Shown here piece by piece: positions 1-10,649 of a DNA stretch of 64,000 bases. A model generated the notes under the pieces. It made no database searches. It saw only the letters and a list, made by a program, of their open reading frames with translations, and had not been told where the DNA came from. Numbering within the stretch: position 1 is the stretch's first letter; every line of letters begins with the position of its first letter. Source of the DNA: an uncultured Acidobacteriota bacterium (GTDB lineage: Bacteria; Acidobacteriota; Vicinamibacteria; Fen-336); NCBI GenBank assembly GCA_963742595.1, contig CAVUMT010000001.1, positions 1,767,633 through 1,831,632 of the forward strand, read 5' to 3'. The translations under genes and the position numbers were made by a program.

Positions 1-29
1 TGAGCGACGCCACGGATTCCGGCCCCCGG

Positions 30-425
30 GTGGAGCTCGACCTCGTCTGGGAAGGCGATCTCCGCTTCCGCGGCCGCTCGGAGGGCGTCGAGCTCGTGCT
101 CGACAGCGACGGGCGGAAGGGAGCCTCTCCCGTCCAGGCCCTCGCGTTCGCGCTCGCGGGCTGCATGGCCATCGACGTCGTCCACATCCTGCGCAAGGGA
201 CGCCTCGACTTGCGCACGCTCCGCGCGGAGCTTTCCGCGGAGCGGGCGCCCCGCGACCCCAAGCGCCTCGTGCGGGCGCGCCTGCACTTCCGCCTGACGG
301 GTGCTTTACCCGCGGAAAAGGTGGAGCGGGCGATCGCCCTTTCGCGCGAGACCTATTGCTCCGTCTGGCACTCGCTGCGCCCGGACCTCGACTTCACGAC
401 TTCGTTCGAGGTGGCCGCGTCGTAG
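30..425 (+). CDS. OsmC/Ohr family peroxiredoxin-like protein (GTG start)
   Basis: 131-aa ORF. Conserved OsmC-like core around the motif SPVQALAFALAGCMAIDVV. Intact reading frame. Confidence 0.8.
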   Translation: MELDLVWEGDLRFRGRSEGVELVLDSDGRKGASPVQALAFALAGCMAIDVVHILRKGRLDLRTLRAELSAERAPRDPKRLVRARLHFRLTGALPAEKVERAIALSRETYCSVWHSLRPDLDFTTSFEVAAS

Positions 426-491
426 GAGCCCCGCCGCGCGGCGACATGCTCGCCTTTCCGCACGAGACGCGGTACCGTTGTCGCCGTATCC

Positions 492-1628
492 ATGGCGGAG
501 GAAGACCGAGCGCCCCCGGACGGCGGAACGACTTACCGGTGGTTCCTGGAAAGCCTCGTGGAGGGCGGGCGCCAGTTGCGTCGGATCGCCGTCTTCCCGC
601 TCCCCTATCGGATCGGCCGTCGTCCCGGCCTCGGCCTCACCCTTCCCTCGGACGGGGTGTCCAAGGACCACGCGGAGATCTACGTCGACGACGGCAGCCT
701 GCGCGTGCGCGACCTCGGCAGCAAGAACGGCACCTTCCTGAACCGCATGAAGGTGGAGGACTCGGCGATCCAGGAGGGCGACATCCTCCACTTCGCGCAG
801 CTCGAGTTCCGGCTGGGGCGGCAGGAGATCGACGAGCCGACGGACGAACCGATGCGCGAGCCCCCGACCCTCTCCATCTCCAACATGGCGCTCCCCAAGC
901 AGTTCCTGGAGCAGACGCGGGAGCTTCCGGAGCTGCTCAGCAAGGGAATGGTGGCGACGACCTTCCAGCCGCTCGTGAGCCTGCCCGGGGAGTCGATCGC
1001 GGGTTACGAAGTGCTCGGACGGGGCAGCCACCCGCGCCTTCCCGAGGACCCGGCGGAGCTCTTCCAGCTCGCGGCGGGAATGTCCACGGAAGCCGAGCTG
1101 TCGCGTCTCTTCCGCCGGGCGGCGCTCGAGGCGGTCGCCGGCAAGCGGGACCTGGGGGCGATCTTCCTGGACACGCACCCCGCCGAGCTCGAGCAGGAGG
1201 GCGACCTCGTGGCCTCGCTCGCCGAGGCCACGGAGCGATACCCCGACTTGAAGCTCGTCCTCGAGATCCACGAGGGCGCCCTCGCCGACCCCGCCAGCAT
1301 CGACGGCCTGCGCACCCAGCTCGCCCGTATAGGCGTGGGGCTCGCCTACGACGACTTCGGGGCGGGGCAGGCCCGCCTGCTCGAGCTGGCGGAGGTGCCC
1401 CCCAACTACTTGAAGTTCGACATCCGCTTCGTGCACAAGATCGACCAGGCCCCCCCGTCGCGTCGCCAGCTCGTGGCCTCGCTCGTCTCGGTGGCCCGCG
1501 ACCTCAAGGTCTACACGGTGGCCATGGGCATCGAGAGCGAGGCCGAGGCCGACGTGTGCGCCAAGCTCGGCTTCACCCACGCCCAGGGCGATCACTACGG
1601 CAAGCCCAGGACCGCGGACGAGCTGTGA
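492..1628 (+). CDS. FHA domain - EAL domain protein (putative phospho-Thr-regulated c-di-GMP phosphodiesterase)
   Basis: N-terminal FHA-like segment (GSKNGTFLN...ILHFAQLEF). C-terminal EAL-domain motifs (YEVLGRG, LEIHE, AYDDFG, KFD). Intact 378-aa ORF. Confidence 0.85.
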   Translation: MAEEDRAPPDGGTTYRWFLESLVEGGRQLRRIAVFPLPYRIGRRPGLGLTLPSDGVSKDHAEIYVDDGSLRVRDLGSKNGTFLNRMKVEDSAIQEGDILHFAQLEFRLGRQEIDEPTDEPMREPPTLSISNMALPKQFLEQTRELPELLSKGMVATTFQPLVSLPGESIAGYEVLGRGSHPRLPEDPAELFQLAAGMSTEAELSRLFRRAALEAVAGKRDLGAIFLDTHPAELEQEGDLVASLAEATERYPDLKLVLEIHEGALADPASIDGLRTQLARIGVGLAYDDFGAGQARLLELAEVPPNYLKFDIRFVHKIDQAPPSRRQLVASLVSVARDLKVYTVAMGIESEAEADVCAKLGFTHAQGDHYGKPRTADEL

Positions 1629-1712
1629 CGCGGTCGTGAAGAGCGACGAGATGCTCCACCCCTCCTCCTCCTCGCTTTCGCCTGGAAGGTCGGGACCGAG
1701 CTCCTCTTCCCC

Positions 1713-2057
1713 ATGACTGGAGACTCCGTCTGGGAGTTCATCGAGCGCGGAGGCAGCTACGGAGCGCCGCTCCCTGCTGATCCTCGTCCGGACCGCGCGG
1801 GCGAGCACGCGGCCTCGGTCCTTCGAAGGGGTCGAAGGCGACGGAGACGAGAGCGCGTCAAGCCGCCAACACGCCGTCGCGCTCTTCGGGTCGAGGACGA
1901 GCGCCTTCTCGTAGTCGGCCCGCGCCGAGCGGTGGAGCTCGCTCCCAAGGAGTTCGACCTCTTGTGCGCGCTCCTCGCCGCGCGGGGGCGGCGGTGCCTA
2001 CGGAGTACCCGGATGGAGAGACGCTTGGGGAGCAGTAGCACATCGCGTGGGGCATGA
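1713..2057 (+). pseudogene. possible degenerate OmpR-type winged-helix DNA-binding fragment
   Basis: 114-aa ORF containing ...LAPKEFDLLCALLAARGRRC..., reminiscent of the trans_reg_C domain. No receiver domain and a low-complexity Arg-rich N-terminus. Weak. Confidence 0.2.
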
Positions 2058-2060
2058 CCG

Positions 2061-3155
2061 TCACAGCGACAGGCGCGGGTCGCGTCCGTCAAACCGCAAC
2101 CGTCGCTCCACCAACAGCTGGACCACGATGTCGGGTCGGGCGTCGCGCACCTCCTCGTCGACCCAGAGCTTGGTCGGCGGGTGCGCAACGACGCCAGGGA
2201 GATACGCCGCCCAGACGTGGGGCAGCACTTGGTACGAGGAATCCGTGTAGACCCAGATCCTCAGCTTCCTCTGGAAGGCCGGCAGGACGAGATCGGCTCT
2301 TGGACTCAGCTGCCAAAAGGTGTCTGAGAACATCGGCGCCAGGTTCAGCATCGTAGCCAGATCGCCACCGCCCGTTCGAGATTGCTGGATGGCGAGGTCG
2401 CCCTCGTTTGGGATGATCAGATCCGGATGGTCTCGGCTGAGCACGTTCATGATCGCGACCAGCCCATGGAGTGCCCCCACCTGGTTCCAATGTGAATCGG
2501 TTCGATAGTAGACCTCCGGTCGCTGCTTGCCGGCCCAGAGTACCTGCGTGAGGTCGAGAAACGAGCCGTCGGGCGCGGGTGTGAGGCGCGCGGCCAGCTG
2601 CTCGAGTGGTTTGCCCCTCCCAACCTGGGTCAGGGCAGCCGGGAGCCATTCCGGATATATGCTGGACTTCTCGGGCACCACGACAAATAGATACCGCCCG
2701 CCCCAGCCGCTGACGAGATCCCTGCGCGTCAGGATCATGTCGGCAAGGACGTCCACTTTCCTTCGGGGCAGGGGCCGACTTCGGCGTGCGTCGGCCATGG
2801 TGTCCAGGCCCGGGGTCCCGGTGGAATCGTAGAAGAGCCAGCCCCCGCGGCCGAGCACGACATGCGACACGGGCGATGCGTGCAAGCCGAAGACGACGAG
2901 ACGGTTGTAGGCTCGCACCGCGGCGTCCCGGAGACCGACGCGATCCTGCACAAAGGCCTCCACGGCGGCCGGCCAAGCGCGCACCTCGGTACGCGTCCGG
3001 GGCATGCCGGGCCACTCGCCGGCCTTGCGTTTCTCCGCGTCAAGACTCACGACTCCCCGGCTCCACTGAGCCAGCGGCAGGCAGAGGGCCACGAGCACTG
3101 TGACGATGAATGCGCTCTGTAGGTGCCGCACGGACGGCAACGCTCGTGGGTCCAC
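2061..3155 (-). CDS. AlgJ/AlgX-like periplasmic polysaccharide O-acetyltransferase (SGNH-like, DSHW motif), membrane anchored
   Basis: 364-aa ORF with N-terminal TM anchor (AFIVTVLVALCLPLA) and the AlgJ/AlgX signature YYRTDSHWN. Starts 3 nt after the upstream MBOAT gene stop. Confidence 0.75.
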   Translation of the reverse strand: MDPRALPSVRHLQSAFIVTVLVALCLPLAQWSRGVVSLDAEKRKAGEWPGMPRTRTEVRAWPAAVEAFVQDRVGLRDAAVRAYNRLVVFGLHASPVSHVVLGRGGWLFYDSTGTPGLDTMADARRSRPLPRRKVDVLADMILTRRDLVSGWGGRYLFVVVPEKSSIYPEWLPAALTQVGRGKPLEQLAARLTPAPDGSFLDLTQVLWAGKQRPEVYYRTDSHWNQVGALHGLVAIMNVLSRDHPDLIIPNEGDLAIQQSRTGGGDLATMLNLAPMFSDTFWQLSPRADLVLPAFQRKLRIWVYTDSSYQVLPHVWAAYLPGVVAHPPTKLWVDEEVRDARPDIVVQLLVERRLRFDGRDPRLSL

Positions 3156-3158
3156 AGC

Positions 3159-4721
3159 TCAGAACCGGTAATAGATGAACGGGCTGTAGGTGCCCGCGAG
3201 CACCTTCAACAGGCTCAAGCCCAATAGCACGATGCACGCCATGGCAATACCCCCCGCCTCGAGCGGACCCCAATGCGGCGGCCAACTGGCGATCACCACT
3301 CGCAGCCGTGAGGGCGACTCTCTCATCAGGCGGCCGTTCCACCATGGAATCGAGAGGGTCACGCCGACCGCCAGCGCGATCAGGATCAGAGGTGACGAGA
3401 AGACACCCCACGTGTACTCGCCCGTGAAGTCGGGATGGTGGCCGAACATCGCCGCCGTGTAGTCGCCCGCCTGGGGCAGTGTCGTCGCACGGAAGATGAC
3501 CCAGCTGAACAGAATGACCGTGAGCGTGTAGAGACGCTCCAGCGGTTGCCGGAGCCAGGCGCCACGCGTCCCGACGACTTCGCCCTGTGGCGGCCTGCGG
3601 AACACCCGCTCGATCACGATAAACGTGCCGTGGTATAGACCCCAGGCCAGGAAGGGCCAGCCCGCCCCATGCCAGAGGCCACACAGTACGAAGACCAGGT
3701 AAAGGTTGAGGACGGTATGCGCGGAGGATCCCCGATTGCCGCCCAAGGGGATGTAGAGATAGTCCCGGAACCAAGTCGACAACGACACGTGCCACCGCCG
3801 CCAGAACTCCGTGATGGAGCGGGAGCTGTAGGGATGCAAGAAGTTCTCAGGGAACGTGAAGCCCATCATGCAGCCCAGTCCGATGGCCATGTCGGAGTAG
3901 CCGGAGAAGTCGTAGTAGATCTGCACGGCGTACGCCACGGCTCCGAGCCAGGCCGCGGGCGTCGAAAGCGCCGCCGCATTCACGCCGAAGACCGCGTCGG
4001 CGGCAACGGCAGCCGTGTCGGCAATCAGGACCTTCTTGGCGAGACCCAAGGCGAAACGGCTGGCGCCGTAGGCCATCTGGGTCCGAGTGATGACGCGCTC
4101 CTGGAGTTGGGCCGCGATTTCCCGATAGCGAACTATCGGGCCGGCGACCAGCTGGGGAAACATCGTCACATAGCACGCGAAATCGACCAGGTTCCGGATG
4201 CCTCGTGTGTCGCCCCGGTACACATCGATCGTGTAGCTCATGGATTGAAACGTGTAGAAGCTGATGCCGATGGGGAGGCTGATCTGGACGATCGAGTGCC
4301 ACTGCCACGCCTGAAGCCCGCTCGCCCCGAGCAGCTGGTTGAGGGCGCTCTGCCCGAAGTGGAAGTACTTGAACCAGGCCAGGAAGCCGAGGTTGCAGCA
4401 CAAAGACGCCACGAGAGCGACACGCTGCCGTCGGCTGCGCAATGTCCCCGAGCCGCGATCCTCCTGCCCCCTGCGGCGAAAGTCCCTTTCGATCGCCCAG
4501 CCCGCCGCATAGTCGATGACGATGGACAGGATCATGACCCAGGTGAGGAGTGGCTCGCCCCACGCGTAGAAGATCACGCTCGCTGTGAGCAGGAAGCCGT
4601 GGGTCAGCATGCGCATCGGCGCGCGATCGCCGCCGTGCTTCTGGATGAAGAAGAGCGCCCAATAGACGCCGAGGACGATCGGCAGGTAGACGAACAAGAA
4701 GATGGGAGAGCTGAATACCAT
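3159..4721 (-). CDS. MBOAT family membrane-bound O-acyltransferase (AlgI/DltB-like)
   Basis: Multi-TM protein; true start at the internal Met MVFSSPIFLFVYLPIVLGVY (ATG at complement 4721). MBOAT motifs FWRRWHVSLSTWFRDYLYIPLGGNR and conserved His. The ORF-track extension to 5072 is upstream read-through. Confidence 0.85.
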   Translation of the reverse strand: MVFSSPIFLFVYLPIVLGVYWALFFIQKHGGDRAPMRMLTHGFLLTASVIFYAWGEPLLTWVMILSIVIDYAAGWAIERDFRRRGQEDRGSGTLRSRRQRVALVASLCCNLGFLAWFKYFHFGQSALNQLLGASGLQAWQWHSIVQISLPIGISFYTFQSMSYTIDVYRGDTRGIRNLVDFACYVTMFPQLVAGPIVRYREIAAQLQERVITRTQMAYGASRFALGLAKKVLIADTAAVAADAVFGVNAAALSTPAAWLGAVAYAVQIYYDFSGYSDMAIGLGCMMGFTFPENFLHPYSSRSITEFWRRWHVSLSTWFRDYLYIPLGGNRGSSAHTVLNLYLVFVLCGLWHGAGWPFLAWGLYHGTFIVIERVFRRPPQGEVVGTRGAWLRQPLERLYTLTVILFSWVIFRATTLPQAGDYTAAMFGHHPDFTGEYTWGVFSSPLILIALAVGVTLSIPWWNGRLMRESPSRLRVVIASWPPHWGPLEAGGIAMACIVLLGLSLLKVLAGTYSPFIYYRF

Positions 4722-4854
4722 GCGGGACGCTCGACCCGGGGCTCCCAGGTCCTCGGCTCGATCCCCCCGATCGCGCAGCGCGTACTTTTGCACAGTGCTC
4801 ACCGACGGACAACCGCTACCGCCTCCCCGGCGTACCGTGTTCAGGCGTTCTTGG

Positions 4855-6130
4855 TCAACGCCCCCCCGGCCACCCAGGGGCGCTCCGTGGAATCTCCCTG
4901 AGCAACGCCTTGCGGAACGGCTCGTAGTCCACCTCCGTCGAGTGCCGGGGCGTGCGCATGAACGTCCGAAGGGTCGTGCGCGCCTCCTCCGCGACGCGCG
5001 ACTCCAGGTCCGCGGGCAGCCGGTAGCGGCCCACGATGGCGTTGGCCACGAGCTGGCCCTGCAGCTCGGCAAGGGGCCAGATGCAACCGACGGGCTGCAA
5101 GAGGCCGATGAAGAAGAGGCTCCGGAGCCGCGGGTGGAAGCAGCGCAGGTAGAGGGGGACGGGGCCGCTCGAGAAGTCGACGAGCGAGCGGTCCAGGAAG
5201 GGGAACGTGATCCGGAATCCCGTGGCCGCGATCACGGCGTCGAATTCCTCGACGCGATCCGTCCGCGAAGCGGACGGATTTCTCTTCAAAGCCGGCCACA
5301 TCCGGCCGAGGGTGAATCCTTCCGTGTCGAATGAAATACAGCAGCTCCGAGTTCACGACCGGATGTGACGAGAGGAATCGGTGGTCCGGTCGGGGGAGAC
5401 CGTAACGCTCGAAGCTCCCCGTCACGAGGCGCAACAGCACGACTCGAGGAGCCGGGCCCGCACGGGGCGCGGCAGGAAAAGGATGCCTCGAGTGGAGCAG
5501 CGTCCGACGGCAAGCCCGAACAGGAACTTGGGGACGAAGTGAGTAGCCCCGACGCATGCTGATCCCGGTGAAGGCAGAGACTCTCGCGGTCTCGACCGCG
5601 ATGTCGCAAGCGGAGTTGCCTCCGCCGACCACGAGCACCCGGCGGTCCCGGTAGGGGGCCGCGCTCTTGAAGGCATGGGAGTGGACGAGCTCCCCCGTGA
5701 AGCGCCCGGGATAGTCCGGCATGCGGGGGTCCCAGTGATGGCCGTTGGCGACGAGCAGGAAGTCGAACCGCTCCGCCGACCCGTCGCCGAGCGTGACGCG
5801 CCACCCTTCCCCGTCGGAACGGCTCTCACCACCTCCGTTCCGAAACGGATGTGGGGTAGCACGTCGAAGCGCCGCGCGTAGCCCTCGAAGTAGGCCTGCA
5901 GCTCCCGGTGGCCGGGGTAGTCGGCCTGCTCCGGCGGCCACGGGTAGTCCGAGTACTGCGAGAGGGCCTTGGAGCTGATGATGTGCGTCGTCTCGAAGAC
6001 GCTGGAGTGCGAGGGTCCGGGATCGAAGACCCAGTTGCCGCCCACGCGGTGGTTGCGGTCGTAGACGACCACGTCCCGGAGGCCGGCCTGGAGCAGGTGC
6101 TTGGCCGCGGTGATCCCGGAAGGACCGGCG
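4855..6130 (-). pseudogene. flavin-containing monooxygenase (FMO-like), split over at least three frames
   Basis: FAD GxGxxG (CVIGAGPSGITAAKHL) in one frame. NADPH GxGxxG (VLVVGGGNSACDIAVE) in a second. C-terminal FMO segment (FFIGLLQPVGCIWPLAELQ) in a third. At least 3 frameshifts. Confidence 0.6.
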
Positions 6131-6476
6131 CCGATGACGCAGCAGCGGGGCACGCCGGAACGGCTCAGCCGACGGGGGTGATGGGCCAGGGACGGCTGAC
6201 GTAGTCGGCGATCGGTGAGGAGGATGAGGATGGCGAGGAACACGAAGCCCCGAGCAGAGCACGAGGGTCGTGAGGCGCGGGCTGTAGCGCACGTGCATGA
6301 AGAAGAGGATCACGAGCGTCGCCTTGATCGACGGCGATGCCGAGGGCGATCGACGGTGTTGAAGGGGCCGAAGTCGCGGCCCGCGCGCCTGGACGGTGAC
6401 CACGGTGAGCGACGGCGAGAGCCAGGAAGATGACCGAGGTAGATCGCGCCAGGAGACGACGTGCGTGGCTCGGCCA

Positions 6477-7240
6477 TCAGTGGTGCCCGATCAGGTAGAG
6501 GAGGGGGAAGAGGAAGATCCAGACGATGTCCACGAAGTGCCAGTAGAGCCCGGTGATCTCCACCGGGGTGTGCCAGGCGGGCGAGAAGCGGCCCCGCGCC
6601 GCCATCGCCCGCGACGATCGGCCAGGATGGGGATGCCGATGATCATGTGAAGCGCGTGGAGGCCGGTCATCCCGAAGTAGAGCGAGAAGTAGATCTGGCG
6701 CCTGGCGGCCCCTGATCCGGCGGCGAGGTGCGAGCGACGGTGGGGTCGAAGCGGTTGCCCGGCACCAGGCACCCCGCATGCGGCCCGTCCCCGAGGCAGG
6801 GTGCGATCTTCTCGCGGTACTCGACGTACTTCACCCCCAGGAAGACGCCGCCGAGGAGGATGGTGAGGACGATCCAGACGACGATCGCCTTCGCTCTTCC
6901 CGCACCGCCGCCGAGTGGACGGCCATGGCCATGGTGAGGCTGCTGCCGATGAGCACGAGGGTGTTGAAGACGCCGAGCTTCCAGACGAGGTGTGGCTCGC
7001 CGCGGCGAAGGCGTCGTAGTAGAGGTAGCGGTAGACCGCGTAGGTCGCGAAGAGGCCGCCGAAGAACATGATCTCCTGGACGATGAAGACCCACATCCCG
7101 AGCGTGCGCGCCTCCTTCTGCTGCTCGAGGTCCGCGAAGTGGTGGACGAGCGGGCCGTGCGCGGCGTGTCCGGACACCGTCGCCTCAGCCATGGAGCGCT
7201 CCCTTGCGAGGGTCGGGTAGTCGTAGACCTCTTCGCGCAC
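6477..7240 (-). CDS. coxC: cytochrome c oxidase subunit III (frameshifted)
   Basis: [36 protein letters not shown]-terminus; middle ([24 protein letters not shown]) and C-terminus ([24 protein letters not shown]) in other frames. Confidence 0.8.
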
Positions 7241-8665
7241 CTCGGGCGTCGTCGTCGAAGTTCTCGGTGGGGGGCGGCGAGGAGGTCTGCCACTCGAGGC
7301 CGGTGGCGGGCCAGGGGTTCGCGGCGGCGATCTTGCCGTAGCGCATCGACCAGGCGAGGTAGAACATCGGGATCAGGTAGCCCACGCCCAGGATCGATGC
7401 GCCCGCGGAGGACATCACGTTCAGCACCTGGAACTCCGGCGGGGTAGACGTGGTAGCGCCGCGGCATGCCCAGGTAGCCCAGGATGAACTGCGGGAAGAA
7501 GGTCAGGTTGAAGCCGACGAAGACGATCACCGCGGACACCCGCGCCCACCACTCCGGGTAGAGCCGGCCCGTGATCTTGGGCCACCAGAAGTGCAGCCCG
7601 CCGAGGTAGCCCATGATCGTGCCCCCCACCATGATGTAGTGGAAGTGGGCCACGATGAAGTAGGTGTCGGTCACGTGGATGTCGAGGCCCAGGGTGGCCA
7701 GGAAGAGTCCGGTGAGGCCGCCGATGGTGAAGAGGCCGATGAAGCCGAACGCGTAGAGCATCGGGGTCTGCCAGGAGATCGAGCCCCGGTAGAGGGTGGC
7801 CATCCAGTTGAAGACCTTGATCGCGGAGGGGATGGCCACCAGGAAGCTCAGGGCGGAGAAGATCATCGCGGCGTAGACGCTGAGCCCCGTCACGAACATG
7901 TGGTGGGCCCAGACCAGGAAGCTGATCCCCGCGATGGCCAGGCTCGACATGGCGATGAAGCCGTAGCCGAAGACGCGCTTGCGCGAGAAGCAGGTCACGA
8001 GCTCGCTGATCACGCCCATGGCGGGCAGGATCATGATGTAGACCGCGGGGTGCGAGTAGAACCAGAAGAGGTGCTGGAAGAGGATGGGGTCGCCGCCCCG
8101 GGTGGGGTCGAAGAAGCCGAAGTTGAAGACGCGCTCCAGGGCCACGAGCAGGATGGTCACCGCGATCACCGGGCGTGCCCAGGATCTGGATGACGCGAGG
8201 TGGCGTAGTGGGCCCACACGAACAGGGGCAGGCGGAACCAGGTCAGGCCGGGGGCCCGCATCTTGTGGATGGTCACGATGAAGTTGAGGCCGGTGAGGAT
8301 CGAGGAGAAGCCGGTGATGAAGATCGCCGACGCCGGCGGCACGACCACGCTGGTTGGAGTAGACGACGTGCTGTACGGGCGTGTAGAAGGTCCAGCCGGT
8401 GTCGAGCCCGCCCACGACGAGCGCGTAGAGCGATGAAGGCGCGCCCGATCACGTAGATGTACCAGGAGAGCAGGTTGATGCGCGGGAAGGCCAGGTCCTT
8501 GGCCCCGATCATGAGGGGGATGAGGAAGTTTCCGAGCACGGCGGGGATGGCGGGGATCAGGAAGAAGAAGACCATGATCACGCCGTGGGCGGTGAAGAGC
8601 TTGTTGTAGGTCTCGGCGGTGACGAGGCTCCCCGTGGGCTCCACGAGGTGCAGGCGGATGAGCAC
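7185..8665 (-). CDS. coxA: cytochrome c oxidase subunit I (frameshifted in at least 3 places)
   Basis: Hallmark CoxA segments spread over four ORF-track frames: [64 protein letters not shown], and C-terminal [14 protein letters not shown]. Confidence 0.85.
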
Positions 8666-8775
8666 CGCGTAGGCCCCGCCCAGGAAGAAGGCGAGCGTGA
8701 CGGAGACGAGGTAGAGGAGCGCGATGCGCTTGTGGTCGATGGTGAGCAGCCACGACTTCCAGCCGTAGTCGGCGT

Positions 8776-9769
8776 TCAGGTAGTGCTGCTTCGGGAGGGA
8801 CGTGCGGCTGTCCTCTCATCATGGCTTCCTCCGCGAGCACGGGGGTGCAGGGACTGGACGTAGGCGATGAGCTGGAGCAGCGACTCCTCGCTCACCTGCC
8901 CGAGGTAGGTCGGCATGACCGGCTGGTAGCCGGCGACGATCCGGGCCGCGGGGTTCAGGATCGATTCCCGGAGGTAGGCCTCGTCCGCCACCACCGTCAC
9001 CTCCGCCCTGGAGGGCGACGCGCTTGCCGAAGAGTCCGTTCAGGACGGGGCCCCGCCCCGCGGAATCCGGCCGATGGCAGGTGACGCAGTTGAGCTCCGT
9101 GAAGAGCTTCTCCCCCGCCTTGGCCGGCGACACCGGGGCGGGACCGCCGGCCAGCCACGTCTGGTAGGCGTCGGGCTCCATCACCACCACCCGGCCGATC
9201 ATCTTCGAATGCTCGGTACCGCAGTACTCGGCGCAGAAGAGGTGGTATGTCCCGGTCTTGGTCGCCTTGAACCAGGCGGTGTTGTAGCGCCCGGGCACCG
9301 CGTCCTTCTTGATGCGGAAGGCGGGCACGAAGAAGCTGTGGATCATGTCCTCCGAGGTGAGGTTGAGGCGCACGGGCTCGCCCACGGGCACGTGCAGCTC
9401 GTTGATCTCGCGCTGGCCGGTCGGGTGCTGGAGCTTCCACATCCAGCGCTTGCCCACCACGTTCACGGTCATCGCGTCGTCGGGCGTCCGGTTCATGTGG
9501 AAGAAGACGCGGGCTCCCCAGACGAACATGACGATGGTGAGGAGGAAGGGGATGATGCTCCAGGTGAGCTCGAGCGCGAGCGAGCCGTGGATCTCCTCGG
9601 GACGGTCGTGCTCGGACCGCCGACGGTAGCGGATCGCGAAGACGACGAGGGTGAGGCCGATTCCCGCCGAGAAGACGATCGTGACCGCGCACAGGAAGAG
9701 GTAGAGCGCGTCCACCTCGCCGGCGATGATGGAGGCCTGCTCGGGAAAGAGCGGAAGACCGGGGCCCAT
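8776..9769 (-). CDS. coxB: cytochrome c oxidase subunit II with C-terminal cytochrome c domain (caa3-type); one frameshift near 9000
   Basis: Two N-terminal TM helices. CuA motif [15 protein letters not shown]. Haem-binding CVTCH. C-terminal cytochrome c tail found in a shifted frame (ORF 8776..9000). Confidence 0.85.
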
Positions 9770-9779
9770 GGCCTACGCC

Positions 9780-10640
9780 GCGCCTCCCGCGAGACGCCGC
9801 CGCCTTCTCCCGCGCCACGAGCGAAAGACGAAGCCCCCGAGGACGAGGACCGTGAGCGCCGAAGCGAGGCGGAGCACGGTCATGATGGTGGCGCTGTAGC
9901 GTCCGGTGACGGGGTCGTACTGGTAGCAGTAGAGGAGGAGCTGGTCGAGCGGGCTCGAGATCTTCCCTTCCCCCGACTCCACGAGGGCGAGGCGCAGGTC
10001 CTTCGGGCGCGTACTCGATGCCGAAGAGGTAGCGCGCGATCTTCCCCTCGGGGGTCAGCACCACGAGCCCCGCGGGATGCGCGAACTGCTTCGTCTCCTC
10101 GTCCCAGGCGTAGCGGAAGCCCACCGCCTTCGCGATTGCCTCGAGGGCCGAGGCGTCGCCGGTCAGGAAGTGCCATCCCGCTGCCGCTTCCGGCTCGCTC
10201 GAGCGGGCGAGGTAGGCCTTCTTCTTGTGCGGCGGCGAGGGCCGGACCCTCCTGGGAGTCGAAGCTGATCGTGACGAGCTCGAACTCGCGGCCCGGGACG
10301 AAGGAGACGACCTCGAGCGCGCTCGCGAGGCCGTTCAGGCTCACGGTGCAGAGCATCGGGCAGTCGAAGTAGACGAGGTTCAGCACGACCGGCTTGCCGC
10401 CGAAGTAGTCGCGAAGGCGCACCGCTCGGCCGCTCTCGTCGCGGAGCGTGAGGTCGAGGGGCAGGCTCTCGCCCAGCTTCTGGTCGAAGCCGATGTCGCG
10501 CAGGGCGTCGGGCGCGGTCGGCCTGGGCGAGCGACCGGCCGCCAGGATGGGCCGGCGAGGAGCGTCACTTCGCCTTCGCCCGAGGACGCGGTCGCGAGAG
10601 AGAGCGTCACTGTGCCCCCCCGGCTCGACCAGGAGCCGCA
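9780..10640 (-). CDS. SCO1/SenC family copper chaperone (frameshifted)
   Basis: Thioredoxin-like core GKPVVLNLVYFDCPMLCT and FRYAWDEETKQFAHPAGLVVLTPEGKIARYLFGIEY; C-terminal hydrophobic tail in a shifted frame. Start not resolved. Confidence 0.6.
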
Positions 10641-10649
10641 TCGCCTCCT

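Noticed and set aside
306-1808. 500-aa minus-strand ORF and a 427-aa plus-strand ORF overlapping the FHA-EAL gene
   Set aside because: Low-complexity Arg/Gly/Pro-rich translations typical of alternative frames in 70% GC DNA. The FHA-EAL frame has clear domain homology and the others do not.
4841-6403. 520-aa minus ORF spanning the FMO region
   Set aside because: Composite: only its middle (GGGNSACDIAVE) is FMO sequence. The rest is out-of-frame read-through. The gene is better explained as one FMO split by frameshifts.
9773-9982. 69-aa ORF MESGEGKISSPLDQLLLYCYQYDPVTGRY... as a separate small gene
   Set aside because: It is most simply the frameshifted C-terminal tail (with TM anchor) of the SCO1-like gene, since the frames abut at about 9990.
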